Source: Deltaproteobacteria bacterium (GTDB taxonomy: Bacteria; Myxococcota; Kuafuiibacteriia; Kuafuiibacteriales; Kuafuiibacteriaceae). Taken from it: a stretch of 64,000 nt of DNA. The stretch covers positions 96,001 through 160,000 of the forward strand of contig JAVJQW010000067.1 of the NCBI GenBank assembly GCA_040218735.1, read 5' to 3'. The translations under genes and the position numbers were made by a program. Under the pieces are notes generated by a model. That model did no database searches and was not told the origin of the DNA. It was given only the letters and a program-made list of their open reading frames with translations. Below are positions 49,092-58,352 of the stretch, piece by piece; position 1 is the first letter of the stretch; each line of letters starts with the position of its first letter.

Positions 49092-50917
49092 TGTGCGACC
49101 CCCGGCGGCGGCGTGAGCCCCACGCAGTCGCGCGAGACGTCCAGCTCGTCGGGCGCCCAGAAGTTCTCGGGCGTCAGCTGCACGACGCCCGTCGGTGGGT
49201 CCTTGAAGTCCGGCGCCACGTAGCGCGCGTTGATACACGCGACCTTGTAGGAGCCGAAGTCGTTGGGATCGTCGAACGGCGCCTGCGCCATGTAGACGAA
49301 CAGGTCGTTGCGCCCGAAGGATCCGCGCTCCCCGGTCCGTGCGAGCGGCGTCTCGAGCTGAACGTTGCGCACGCGGAACGAGTAACACTGTCCGCCCTCG
49401 TCGTTCGTTCCGAGCTCGTCGGTGCGGTAGCGGTACGCGAGCTGCGGGCGCCGCGACGCCTCGCCGAACCCGATGCCGGTGTGCACGCGGATCTCGTCGC
49501 CATTGCGCACGCCGTCGAGGTCGCTGTCCGCGAGCGCATCGGACAGCGCCGGATCGCTCCCCGCGATGAGCTCGAGCCCGTCCGGCACGCCGTCGGCGTC
49601 GGTGTCGAAGATGTCGGTCGACGTCCCCAGGATGACCTCCTCGCAGCGGAGCAACCCGTCGGCGTCGAGGTCGGTGCGATCGCTGTCGAGCTCACAGCCG
49701 GGGCTCGGCTGCTCGGGGTCGAAGCCGTTGCGGCGGAACTTCCACTCGAGGGTGTCGGAGAAGCCGTCGTCGTCGGTGTCGCGCGACAATCGGTTGAGCC
49801 CGTGCTCGAACTCGAGGTCGTCGGACAACCCGTCGCCGTCACTGTCGACCGCGAGCCCGTCCGGCGTGGGGATGACGTTCGAGTTGTGCACGATGAGGTT
49901 CTTCATCGCGTTCTCGCGTTTGATGTTCAGCAGGTCGAAGCCGAGGAAGTCGATCTCTTCGGCCGCCGAGAAGTCACGGAACACGCCGTCGCCGAGCGCG
50001 GCCATCATGCCGAGGAGCGAGCGCGCTTCGTCGGGGCACACGAGCGTGATGCCGCCGCCGAGTGAGTAACAACCGTTTGCGTCGAGCATCCCGACGAGCG
50101 ACGGATCGAAGAGGAAGGCGGTGTGCATCCGCAGCTCGCCGACGTTGAACGTCTCCGCGAGGTCCATGATGTCCTGCACCGCGGCGCGGATCTGGAACGG
50201 CTGGTTGTAGTCTTCACCCGCGACGAGCCACGGCAGCTGCGTCGGGTTCGCGCGGATCTGATCGGGGTCCTCGCAGAACGGGATGTTCGCGGCGCGCGTG
50301 CACAGGCCGCTCGCCTCCGACATGCGCGAGCAACAGTCTGGGAAGGGATCGCCGTCGGAGAGGAACAAGAGCACGTACTTGGTGCGGCCGAGCTCGGCCG
50401 GCGGGGCGTCGAGCATGTCCGACGCGAGGATCTGGAACGCAGTCGCGAGCGCGCCCTGGTAGTCGGTCACCGAGTCGGCGACGCGCAGGCCCTGCACGGC
50501 CTGCTGGAGGATCGCCGGGTCGCGCGTGAACGCTCCCGACAGATCCACGCCGAGCGGATCGTCAGCGGTGACGGACGCGCCGGGTTTCGTGAGCACGACG
50601 TCCGACTCGTTGAATCGAATCACGGAGAACGAGACGCTCGGGTTCGCGCGCAGGCGGAGGATGACCTCCTCCACCGCGAGCGCGCGACGCGTCGGGTTGT
50701 CGACGAACTGCATCGACCCCGAACCGTCGATCAAGAACATGATCTTGACCGGGAAGTCCGTGGCCTCCGGCGGGTCGGTGCAGACCTCGCCCTCGATCTC
50801 CAACAGGTTGTCGACGAGGTTGATCTCGACGTCGTCGATCGCCTGCAAGTCGGCGTTGGTGCAGCCGATGAGCGCGGCTGCGAGAACGAGCGGGAGGTGT
50901 CGAGAGCGTTGCGACAT
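49088..50917 (-). CDS. mtsD: vWA plus Ca-binding repeat lipoprotein (MtsD-like)
   Basis: ALIG-C lipobox; CT.PP...[19 protein letters not shown]; DSDGDGL repeats. Confidence 0.8.
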   Translation of the reverse strand: MSQRSRHLPLVLAAALIGCTNADLQAIDDVEINLVDNLLEIEGEVCTDPPEATDFPVKIMFLIDGSGSMQFVDNPTRRALAVEEVILRLRANPSVSFSVIRFNESDVVLTKPGASVTADDPLGVDLSGAFTRDPAILQQAVQGLRVADSVTDYQGALATAFQILASDMLDAPPAELGRTKYVLLFLSDGDPFPDCCSRMSEASGLCTRAANIPFCEDPDQIRANPTQLPWLVAGEDYNQPFQIRAAVQDIMDLAETFNVGELRMHTAFLFDPSLVGMLDANGCYSLGGGITLVCPDEARSLLGMMAALGDGVFRDFSAAEEIDFLGFDLLNIKRENAMKNLIVHNSNVIPTPDGLAVDSDGDGLSDDLEFEHGLNRLSRDTDDDGFSDTLEWKFRRNGFDPEQPSPGCELDSDRTDLDADGLLRCEEVILGTSTDIFDTDADGVPDGLELIAGSDPALSDALADSDLDGVRNGDEIRVHTGIGFGEASRRPQLAYRYRTDELGTNDEGGQCYSFRVRNVQLETPLARTGERGSFGRNDLFVYMAQAPFDDPNDFGSYKVACINARYVAPDFKDPPTGVVQLTPENFWAPDELDVSRDCVGLTPPPGVAQ

Positions 50918-50997
50918 GGGGCCTCCGAAAACGAGCGAAGGCGACGGTCACCGAAGTGACCGCCGCCCAAAACCGGAAATCCTATCGAAGCGGGAGC

Positions 50998-52341
50998 TTA
51001 GCGCCGACGGCGCCGGCGCGACACCAACAGCACCCCACCGAACAGACCGAACGCCGCCAGACCGGCCAGCGAGCGATCCTCGGCCGTGACGCAGGAGCAA
51101 CCACCGGCGCTGCCGTCGTCCTCGGCCGTCAGCGTGAACGTCGTCCGCGCCGTGTTGTTGTTCGGGTAGTCGGGGTCGGGGAAGACCAGCTCGGCCGACA
51201 GCTGCAGCTGGTACTCACCGGCCTTGTCCGGCGTGAAGCGCGCGACCTGGTCCTTCAGGTAGCGGTACTCGAACGCGCTGGAGTAGGTCACCGAGCCGCG
51301 CGGGTTCTGGACGCGAGCCGAGGAGCCGTCGGGCGCCTTCACGACGGTCCAGGTGTAGCGCATCGGGGTGTTCTCGCGGTTCGCGAAGATGTGCAGGTGG
51401 CGCGACTCGCCGACCAGACCGATCTCGTCTTCGAGCGAGAGGACTTCGAAGGTCGTCTCGGGGTCGAGGCAGTGCTCGGGGTTCGCGTCGTCGAGGAGGC
51501 GGTTACGGACCACGAAGCAGAAGCGCTCGTCGCAGGCGTCGCCGAGGCCGTCACGGTCGAGGTCCGCGAGGGACGCGTCCGCAACGCGGGGGCAGTTGTC
51601 GCCGATGTTCGCCACGCCGTCGCCGTCGGTGTCGCCGTCGCAGACGTCGCCGATGCCGTCGCCGTCCATGTCGCCCTGCTCGAAGTTCACCACCGCGAGG
51701 CAGTTGTCGATCGAGTCGTTGATGCCGTCGCTGTCGGAGTCGACGTCACACAGCGAGCTGTCCGTGATCGTCTCCTGCGAGGGGTTCGAGAACAGCGGGC
51801 AGTTGTCGATGTTGTCGTTGAAGCCGTCGTTGTCGTCGTCGGCGTCGCAGGCGTTACCGAAGAGGTCGCCATCCGAGTCGAGCTGCGCCGGGTTGGCGAT
51901 GAGCTCGCAGTTGTCCTGCGCGTTCAGGACGCCGTCGTTGTCCTTGTCGGGGTCGCAGACGTCGCCCACGCCGTCGCCGTCCGCGTCGAGCTGGAACTCG
52001 TCGGCCGCGGCCATGCAGTTGTCACAGACGTCGCCCACGAGGTCGCCGTCGGCGTCGAGCTGGTCGAGGTTCTTGGCGAAGGGGCAGTTGTCGAAGTCGT
52101 CTTCGATGCCGTCGCCGTCGTAGTCGTCCGCGTACTGGTAGGTGTCGCCGACGTCGGTGTTGTTGACGAGGATGGAACCGCCGCCGCAGCCGCAGCCGCC
52201 GCCGCCGGACTGGTTCGGCGTGCCGCAGAGGCCGCTGGCGCACTCGGCGTTCGCGTCGCCGCTCTGGGCGAATGCCATCGGCGCGAAGGCCATGGCCGCA
52301 AGGAAAGAAGTGGTGGTGAGGAGGACCCCGGTCGTGCTCAT
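50998..52341 (-). CDS. mtsC: Thrombospondin type 3 repeat protein with MYXO-CTERM tail (MtsC-like)
   Basis: Signal peptide; CG.P...[11 protein letters not shown]; multiple DNCP..N..Q.D.D.D..GD.CD repeats; GGCSC + TM + RRRRRR tail. Confidence 0.85.
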   Translation of the reverse strand: MSTTGVLLTTTSFLAAMAFAPMAFAQSGDANAECASGLCGTPNQSGGGGCGCGGGSILVNNTDVGDTYQYADDYDGDGIEDDFDNCPFAKNLDQLDADGDLVGDVCDNCMAAADEFQLDADGDGVGDVCDPDKDNDGVLNAQDNCELIANPAQLDSDGDLFGNACDADDDNDGFNDNIDNCPLFSNPSQETITDSSLCDVDSDSDGINDSIDNCLAVVNFEQGDMDGDGIGDVCDGDTDGDGVANIGDNCPRVADASLADLDRDGLGDACDERFCFVVRNRLLDDANPEHCLDPETTFEVLSLEDEIGLVGESRHLHIFANRENTPMRYTWTVVKAPDGSSARVQNPRGSVTYSSAFEYRYLKDQVARFTPDKAGEYQLQLSAELVFPDPDYPNNNTARTTFTLTAEDDGSAGGCSCVTAEDRSLAGLAAFGLFGGVLLVSRRRRRR

Positions 52342-52354
52342 GCCCTCATCTTTA

Positions 52355-52369
52355 ACAAGGTCCGTGCCA
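52355..52369 (-). promoter_or_regulatory. sigma54-type promoter of the mts-like operon
   Basis: TGGCACGGACCTTGT (-12 element GT instead of GC), 13 nt above the ATG as in the other two. Confidence 0.7.
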
Positions 52370-52401
52370 ATCGAAAGGGGGTGCATCCGCGGGATTCGGG
52401 T

Positions 52402-52448
52402 GGGGGCGCTCGCCCCCTTTGGGTCGGAGCGAGGGGGCCGTCGCCCCC
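52402..52448. promoter_or_regulatory. Twin 16-bp palindromes, candidate regulator sites
   Basis: GGGGGCGCTCGCCCCC (52402-17) and GGGGGCCGTCGCCCCC (52433-48), 31 bp apart. Confidence 0.45.
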
Positions 52449-52502
52449 AACCTGGACCGCCAGGACTCGTTGTCATATTCGGTGGTTACGGCGCCCACAG
52501 GT

Positions 52503-52531
52503 TTGACAGCACCGCCGATCGACGCTACCGA
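52503..52531 (+). promoter_or_regulatory. Possible sigma70 promoter for the Glt-like cluster
   Basis: Perfect TTGACA, 17-nt spacer, weak -10 TACCGA. Confidence 0.35.
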
Positions 52532-52540
52532 TCGTAGGTG

Positions 52541-52921
52541 ATGGCTCGCCTGTCTCGCTGGTACCTGGTCGCGACGCTCGCGTTGGCGGTCGGGGCGCCG
52601 GCCACGCTCTCGTTCGAGTCCGACGCCGTCGCCGCGCAAAAGAAGCGGCGCGGCAAGAAGCGCCGACGCGCCAAGGCCAAGCGTCCCACGAAGGCGCCTC
52701 CGCCTCCGCCGCCCGCGCCCGCGCCGGTCTCGGACGTCGTCCCGAACACCCAGTTCCGCGGGCCGACGCGCATCGACTTCGACGATCGCCTCATCCAAGG
52801 GCAGACCAACAAGAGCGGCGCGGTCTACCTGTTCGACCGCAAGGAGACAGGCATCTCCAGCATGGTCAAGCGCCGCAAGTCGTTCCGTCATCTGACGATC
52901 CGAACGGTCTACGACCGATGA
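52541..52921 (+). CDS. GltF/CglF-like small secreted protein
   Basis: Signal peptide; TRIDFDDRLIQGQTNKSGAVYLFDRK..SMVKRRKSF. Confidence 0.8.
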   Translation: MARLSRWYLVATLALAVGAPATLSFESDAVAAQKKRRGKKRRRAKAKRPTKAPPPPPPAPAPVSDVVPNTQFRGPTRIDFDDRLIQGQTNKSGAVYLFDRKETGISSMVKRRKSFRHLTIRTVYDR

Positions 52922-55383
52922 GCAGCGCCTCGGTTCTCCAGGTCTTCGTCTTCCGCGACGGCGAGTACGTCGGGAGCGAGGTCTTCGTCGAGCCGGAGAT
53001 CATGGTCGGTCGCGGCCAGGACGTCGACCTTTACCTCGACGACGAGATGGTGGCGCCGAGCCACGCGATCCTCACGCACGAAAACGAACAAGCGACGGTC
53101 CTGGACCTCGGCGCGCCCGGCGGCGTGCAGGTCAACCGCGCGCCCATCCAACACAGCTATGTGACGCCGCGCGACGAGATCCGCATCGGGCGCCACACGC
53201 TCAAGATCAAGTTCGCCGCAGCGAAGCGCTCGCTGCGCCCCGCGCCCGCGCCGCAACCCTCCGCGCCACCGTCGCAGCAACACTTCGCCGACGACCTGCA
53301 CACCGAGGTGTTCGACTCGCAGTCGCAGCGCTCGCCCGTGCAGCGCAACGTGCCGACGGACATCGTCCGCGACCGCGCGGCGGAGGCGTCGATCGACGCG
53401 TTGCTCGAGGACGAGCTGAAGGGTGACTTCGACGAGATCACCGCTTCGATCGCGATCTCCGGCTCGGACGTCGTCTCGGCGTCGAACCTGCGCACGCCCG
53501 ACGCGCCGGCGAAGCCGTACGAGGACCAAGAGACCGTCGCATTCGACAGCGGCGCGCCGCGCGGTCACACGCAGCCCCCGCGTCGGCAGCGCGCGGAGGC
53601 CGTGGAGGACGTCGCCGAGCTGAACAGCGCCCTCGACAGCGCGTTCGTCAGCGACGCCTTCGAGCGCCCCGCCTCGCGCGCCCCCTCGCCCGTCGCGCCG
53701 TCACGCTCTCAGCCGATCGCACGGATCACGTCGACGCCCGCGCCGTCGCGCCCCGAGGCGCGAGCGAGCTCTCACCCCGACCCCCTCGCGACGCGCTCGT
53801 CACGCCCCTCGCAACCCGAGCCGCAGGCGTCGCACCCCTCGCAGCCCGAGCCGCAGGCGACCGTGCCGTCGCGGCCCGAGCGTGTCGCGCAAGAGGATCC
53901 GGCGGCGGCGTTCTCGGGCCTCGGCGCCGGCCCAGCGCCCGACCCCGTCGACTACGACGGTGAGCTGGACGAAGACGATCTCGACGAGCTCACGCGTCCC
54001 GGTTTCTCGCTCGTGACCACCCTCGTGGAGTCGAGCGGCCAGGTCCCTCAGGGCGACCTCGCGGTGGAGGTCATCGCCTTCGCGCAAGACGAGGTCCGCC
54101 ACACGCGGCTGCTCGAGAAGTCCGGCGATCGCTACGTCCTCGGTAAGGGACGCGCGGGAGACTTCGCGCCGGCGGCCGGTCACACCGGCGTGAAGCTCGC
54201 GCGCAAGTCGGGCGAGCGCGAAGCGATCCTCGAGTTCCCGTCGGACGCCGAGGGCGCGATCGTCGAAGGCAGCCGACGCATCGATCTCGATCAACTCAAG
54301 GTCCCGAAGAACGCGGTCTCCAAGACCGGCAACCTCTTCCACATGGCGCTGCGCCCCGGGATGACCGCGACGTTCCGCATCGGGGACAACGGCTTCCACG
54401 TCCGCTTCGTGGCCCCACCGAAGCTCGCCGCGACCGTGGGCAAGATGCAGATGGACAAGAACGTCCTGTCCGCGATCGGGATGAGCGTCTTCGTCCACCT
54501 CTTCACGTTCATGGTGGTCGGCCTCCTCTCCCCCGGCGTCTCGTACAGCGAGGTGCCACGCGAGCAGTGGGCGGAGATCGAAAAGGACGACCTCCGCGAC
54601 GTCGAGCTCGAAAAACCTCCGGAGCCCGAACCAGAACCGGAGCCCGAGCCCGAGCCGGAGCCCGAACCGATCGACGAGGACTCCGAGCCGGAGCCCGACC
54701 CGGAGCCGGAGCCCAAGAAGGTCGTCAAACGCACCCGCGGCGTCCGCAAGGGGGTGTCGCGCAAAGAGGTCAAGAAGGCCGGCGTCCTCGGCGCGATGGG
54801 CAAGCTGAACCTCAAGGCGCCCGGGCGTAAGAGCATGGTGCAGGCCGTGTCGAACATCGACGCGGTGCGCGCGCCCGGTGGCTCCAACTATCGCGTCGGC
54901 GCGCTCGTCGGGAAGACACCCAGCTCGAAGGTGAGCGTCGGCGGCGGCGGCGGCGGCAAGATGCTCACGCGCGGCAGCGCCGCGCTGCTGAAGGGCGGCA
55001 AGGGCTTCGCGCGCATCGGCAAACGCAGCGGCACGAAGATCCGCGGCAAGGTCGCGAAGGCGCGCAAGTCGCGCCTCAAAGCGCAGGGCAGCATCTCGCG
55101 CGAGGAGGTCCTGAAGGTGATCAACAAACACCTGCGGGAGGTCCAGTACTGCTACGAGAAGACGCTCCTGAAGGACCCCGGCCTCAAAGGCAACCTCACC
55201 TTGGAGTGGGTGATCAAGACCAACGGTCGCGTCGGTCGCGTCAAACAGAAGACGTCCACGCTGCGAAACCCCGCCGTGTCCAGTTGCATCATCAGCAGCA
55301 TCAAGCGCTGGCAGTTCCCGAAGCCGCGCGGCGGTGTCGTCGTCGTGTCGTACCCCTTCATCTTCAGCTCGGTCGGTTACTAG
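52918..55383 (+). CDS. GltG/PglI-like FHA-TM-TonB_C protein
   Basis: N-terminal FHA fold (VGR..H..DLG..G..VN); TM SVFVH; PE repeat linker; VQYCYE..L..P.L.G..WQFPKP.GG.V.V.YPF.F. Confidence 0.88.
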   Translation: MSSASVLQVFVFRDGEYVGSEVFVEPEIMVGRGQDVDLYLDDEMVAPSHAILTHENEQATVLDLGAPGGVQVNRAPIQHSYVTPRDEIRIGRHTLKIKFAAAKRSLRPAPAPQPSAPPSQQHFADDLHTEVFDSQSQRSPVQRNVPTDIVRDRAAEASIDALLEDELKGDFDEITASIAISGSDVVSASNLRTPDAPAKPYEDQETVAFDSGAPRGHTQPPRRQRAEAVEDVAELNSALDSAFVSDAFERPASRAPSPVAPSRSQPIARITSTPAPSRPEARASSHPDPLATRSSRPSQPEPQASHPSQPEPQATVPSRPERVAQEDPAAAFSGLGAGPAPDPVDYDGELDEDDLDELTRPGFSLVTTLVESSGQVPQGDLAVEVIAFAQDEVRHTRLLEKSGDRYVLGKGRAGDFAPAAGHTGVKLARKSGEREAILEFPSDAEGAIVEGSRRIDLDQLKVPKNAVSKTGNLFHMALRPGMTATFRIGDNGFHVRFVAPPKLAATVGKMQMDKNVLSAIGMSVFVHLFTFMVVGLLSPGVSYSEVPREQWAEIEKDDLRDVELEKPPEPEPEPEPEPEPEPEPIDEDSEPEPDPEPEPKKVVKRTRGVRKGVSRKEVKKAGVLGAMGKLNLKAPGRKSMVQAVSNIDAVRAPGGSNYRVGALVGKTPSSKVSVGGGGGGKMLTRGSAALLKGGKGFARIGKRSGTKIRGKVAKARKSRLKAQGSISREEVLKVINKHLREVQYCYEKTLLKDPGLKGNLTLEWVIKTNGRVGRVKQKTSTLRNPAVSSCIISSIKRWQFPKPRGGVVVVSYPFIFSSVGY

Positions 55384-55441
55384 TCACGGACTCGCCGCCA
55401 CCCCCTGTCGATTGGCTTGGTTCTCAAGTAGCCTCCGCCTC

Positions 55442-56113
55442 GTGAAGCACGCTCGAATGTTCGGCGTCGTGCTCGTGGCCGCGACCAGCCTGGGTTCGGT
55501 ACACGCGCACGCGGCGGAGGAGCCCGACGATCGTGTCGCGATCCAACGCCGAAAGTTCCTGATGGCGCACGAGCTGCGCTTGTCGTTGGGCAGCATGCCG
55601 CTCGACGCGTTCCAGAAGGGGTGGACCGCGTCGCTGTCGTACACGATGCATCTCAACGAGTACGTCGCGTGGGAGGTCGCGCACGCGACGGTCGCCCTGC
55701 TCTCTTCCACCAACCTGCGCGACACACTCATCGCGACGTTCGCCGTGCCGCCGGAGGACTTCGCCGCGCCGCGCTTCATGCTCACGTCCGGACTCGAGCT
55801 CACGCCGTTCTACGGCAAACAAGCGTTCCTCAACGACGAGATCACGCACCAGGGGCTGTTCATGGGCGCGTACGGCGGCGTGATGTTCGGCGATCGCGGG
55901 TCGTTCGGCGACACACTCGGCGACCTCCGCCCCGCCGCCGGCCTCGGGATCGGGTACCGCATGTTCCTGTCGAAGCTCGTATCGGTGCGCTTCGACGCAC
56001 GCGGGTTCGGCGCGCTCCGTCGCGCAGTTCGTACGAACGAACAGGTCGAGCTGGAGGCGGTGTTGTTCTTGTCGCTGTCCGGCTCCCTCAACCTCTGGAG
56101 GGATGACGCGTGA
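55442..56113 (+). CDS. Outer-membrane beta-barrel protein (GltA/B/H-like)
   Basis: Signal peptide; AIQRRKF..HE..L..P.DAF; TPFYGK. Confidence 0.82.
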   Translation: MKHARMFGVVLVAATSLGSVHAHAAEEPDDRVAIQRRKFLMAHELRLSLGSMPLDAFQKGWTASLSYTMHLNEYVAWEVAHATVALLSSTNLRDTLIATFAVPPEDFAAPRFMLTSGLELTPFYGKQAFLNDEITHQGLFMGAYGGVMFGDRGSFGDTLGDLRPAAGLGIGYRMFLSKLVSVRFDARGFGALRRAVRTNEQVELEAVLFLSLSGSLNLWRDDA

Positions 56114-56853
56114 GGCGTTCACCGTTGATCGCCACGTTCCTGATCGTCGCCGCGGGTGCTCCTGCGCTTGCGGAGGACGACGAGCTCAACAAGGGCCGGG
56201 TCATCGCCGTGCAGGACCGCGACTTCCGCATGGTGCACGAGTTCACGCTCTCGACGGGTGTGCTTCCGATGGACGCGTTCTACACCGGCTACTCGCTCGG
56301 CGGCTCGTACACGCTGCACTTCTCGGATCTGATCGCTTGGGAAGCGGTCAGCTTCCACTACTCGGCGAACGTCGGCTCCGGTTTGGAGAGCACGCTCGCG
56401 CAGCGCTGGGACGTCGCGCCCACGAACGATCCCGAGATTCAGTACCTGCTCGGCTCGAACCTCACGCTCACGCCGCTGTTCGGAAAGCTCACGTTCTTCA
56501 ACCGCGCAATCCTGCACGCGGGGACGTTCATCTCGGTCGGCGGCGGCGTGGTGCGTTTCACCGACGGCTTCCGCCCGCAGGTGAGCATCGGCCCCGGCGT
56601 CCGGCTGTTCTGGGGGAACGTCGTGTCGACGCGCCTCGAGCTGCGCAACATCATCGCGCCCGACTTCCCGGACGGGCTCGAGTACATCCTGCACGTCATG
56701 CTGTCCGTCTCGTTCAACTTCGGAAAGGTGCGCGCGATCGAGAGCGACGAGGACGTGGTGCGCGACGACGTCGACCCGTTCGCGGTGCTCGACGAGCTGT
56801 ACCCCCTGTCGAAACCCAAACCCACCGAGCAGCGCCGTGAGGAGGAGCCGTGA
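56110..56853 (+). CDS. Outer-membrane beta-barrel protein (GltA/B/H-like), paralog of the previous gene
   Basis: AVQDRDF..HE..G.LP.DAFY; TPLFGK; GTGA overlap. Confidence 0.82.
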   Translation: MRRSPLIATFLIVAAGAPALAEDDELNKGRVIAVQDRDFRMVHEFTLSTGVLPMDAFYTGYSLGGSYTLHFSDLIAWEAVSFHYSANVGSGLESTLAQRWDVAPTNDPEIQYLLGSNLTLTPLFGKLTFFNRAILHAGTFISVGGGVVRFTDGFRPQVSIGPGVRLFWGNVVSTRLELRNIIAPDFPDGLEYILHVMLSVSFNFGKVRAIESDEDVVRDDVDPFAVLDELYPLSKPKPTEQRREEEP

Positions 56854-58352
56854 TGAAACGTCTCGCGCTCTTGCTCTGGCTCCCCTTGCTCGTCGGCGCC
56901 GCCGCCGAGGACGACGCGTCGCCGCCGCCCGAGGAGGCGCCGCCCGAGGACACCGGGCCGCGCCGTCCGGCTGCGCCGCCGGAGGTCTTCGAAGACGGCC
57001 TCGGTGACTACTACTCGGACGACTTCGTCGGCTCGGCCGCGAAGATGTACGACTACGTGTCGACCAACGAGCCGACCGTCGAGAACTACGAGTGGGCCGA
57101 GTACTTCCTCGGCGTGTCGCTCGAAAACCTCGGCTTCAAACACGCCGCGGCGGAGTACCTGTTCAACGTCGCGAAGAACCGCAGCCGCCCGGAGATCCTC
57201 CCGGACGCGCTGACCCACATCGAGGCGCTCCTCGAAGATCCCCACGACGAACGTCTCCTCGACGACATGCTGATCGTCGAGGGCGACTTCGGCTACCTGC
57301 CGAGCTACGTCTCCGCGTTTGTCTTCTACCACCAGGGCCTCGCAGATCTCCGCGCCGGGCGCCTGCCGTGGGCGGAGCGTCTGTTCGACGAGATCGGCGA
57401 GGACAGCCGCTACTACGCGCGCGCGCTCTACGCGCTCGGCGTTCAGCGCCTGACGAAGAACCGCCTCACCGACGCGGTGAAGTACTTCCGCCGCGCCCTC
57501 GCGCACCCGGCGGCGGACCGCGTGTTGAGGAACGAAGCGCGCCTCGCCCTCGCGCGTGTGCTCTACGAGAAGGAGGCCTACAAGGCGGCGCTCGCGATGT
57601 ACGAGCAGGTCGAGGTCCCGGAGCTGTCGATCGCCGAGGCGTCGCTGTACCTGGAGAAGGCGTGGACGAGCTACTGGCTGCGCGACTACCGGCAGACGAT
57701 GGGCATCCTCTACGCGCTGGAGGCCCCGAGCTACCGCGACTACTTCGCGCCGGAGAAGTACCTGCTGCGCGCGCTCGTCTACAAGGACCTCTGCCACTAC
57801 ATCCCCGCGAAGCGTGAGATTCGGCGCTTCCGTTTCCGTCACGCGGAGACGCTCGAGAACATCCGCGAGCGCATCGACCTGCGCGAAGACGACGTCCTGC
57901 GCACCGCTGCGCTCGGGCGCGGGCAGCTCGGACGCATCGCGGCCTTCCGGCGTATGATCGCCGACGAAGCGGATCGCATCGACACGATCGGCGGCACGTG
58001 GGTGGAGGTCGACCTCGACGATCACCTCCGCGAGATCTACGCGCTGAAGGCCGAGCAGACGGACCTCAAGCTCGACGCCGCGCTCCGTCGCAAGACGCGC
58101 GACATCGCCGAGGAGCTCGTGGAGTTCGAGGAGCAGATGTACCTGCTCGACTACGAGGTCGGCCTCGCGATCTACCGCCGGCTCCGCAAGGAGGACGCGC
58201 GCCGCCCGACCGAGGAGGACGACCTCACGATCCCCCTCGCCGGCAACCAGGCGTTCTACGCGTTCGACGAGGAGTTCTGGAACGACGAGCTGCCCGACTA
58301 CGACTTCTTCGTCGAGAACCGCTGCTTCGACGAACGAGGAGGTGAGCTGTGA
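56850..58352 (+). CDS. Periplasmic TPR protein (GltC-like)
   Basis: Signal peptide; TPRs; ARLALARV.YE; LEKAW..Y; C-terminal F..EFW.DEL..Y....NRC. Confidence 0.82.
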   Translation: MMKRLALLLWLPLLVGAAAEDDASPPPEEAPPEDTGPRRPAAPPEVFEDGLGDYYSDDFVGSAAKMYDYVSTNEPTVENYEWAEYFLGVSLENLGFKHAAAEYLFNVAKNRSRPEILPDALTHIEALLEDPHDERLLDDMLIVEGDFGYLPSYVSAFVFYHQGLADLRAGRLPWAERLFDEIGEDSRYYARALYALGVQRLTKNRLTDAVKYFRRALAHPAADRVLRNEARLALARVLYEKEAYKAALAMYEQVEVPELSIAEASLYLEKAWTSYWLRDYRQTMGILYALEAPSYRDYFAPEKYLLRALVYKDLCHYIPAKREIRRFRFRHAETLENIRERIDLREDDVLRTAALGRGQLGRIAAFRRMIADEADRIDTIGGTWVEVDLDDHLREIYALKAEQTDLKLDAALRRKTRDIAEELVEFEEQMYLLDYEVGLAIYRRLRKEDARRPTEEDDLTIPLAGNQAFYAFDEEFWNDELPDYDFFVENRCFDERGGEL

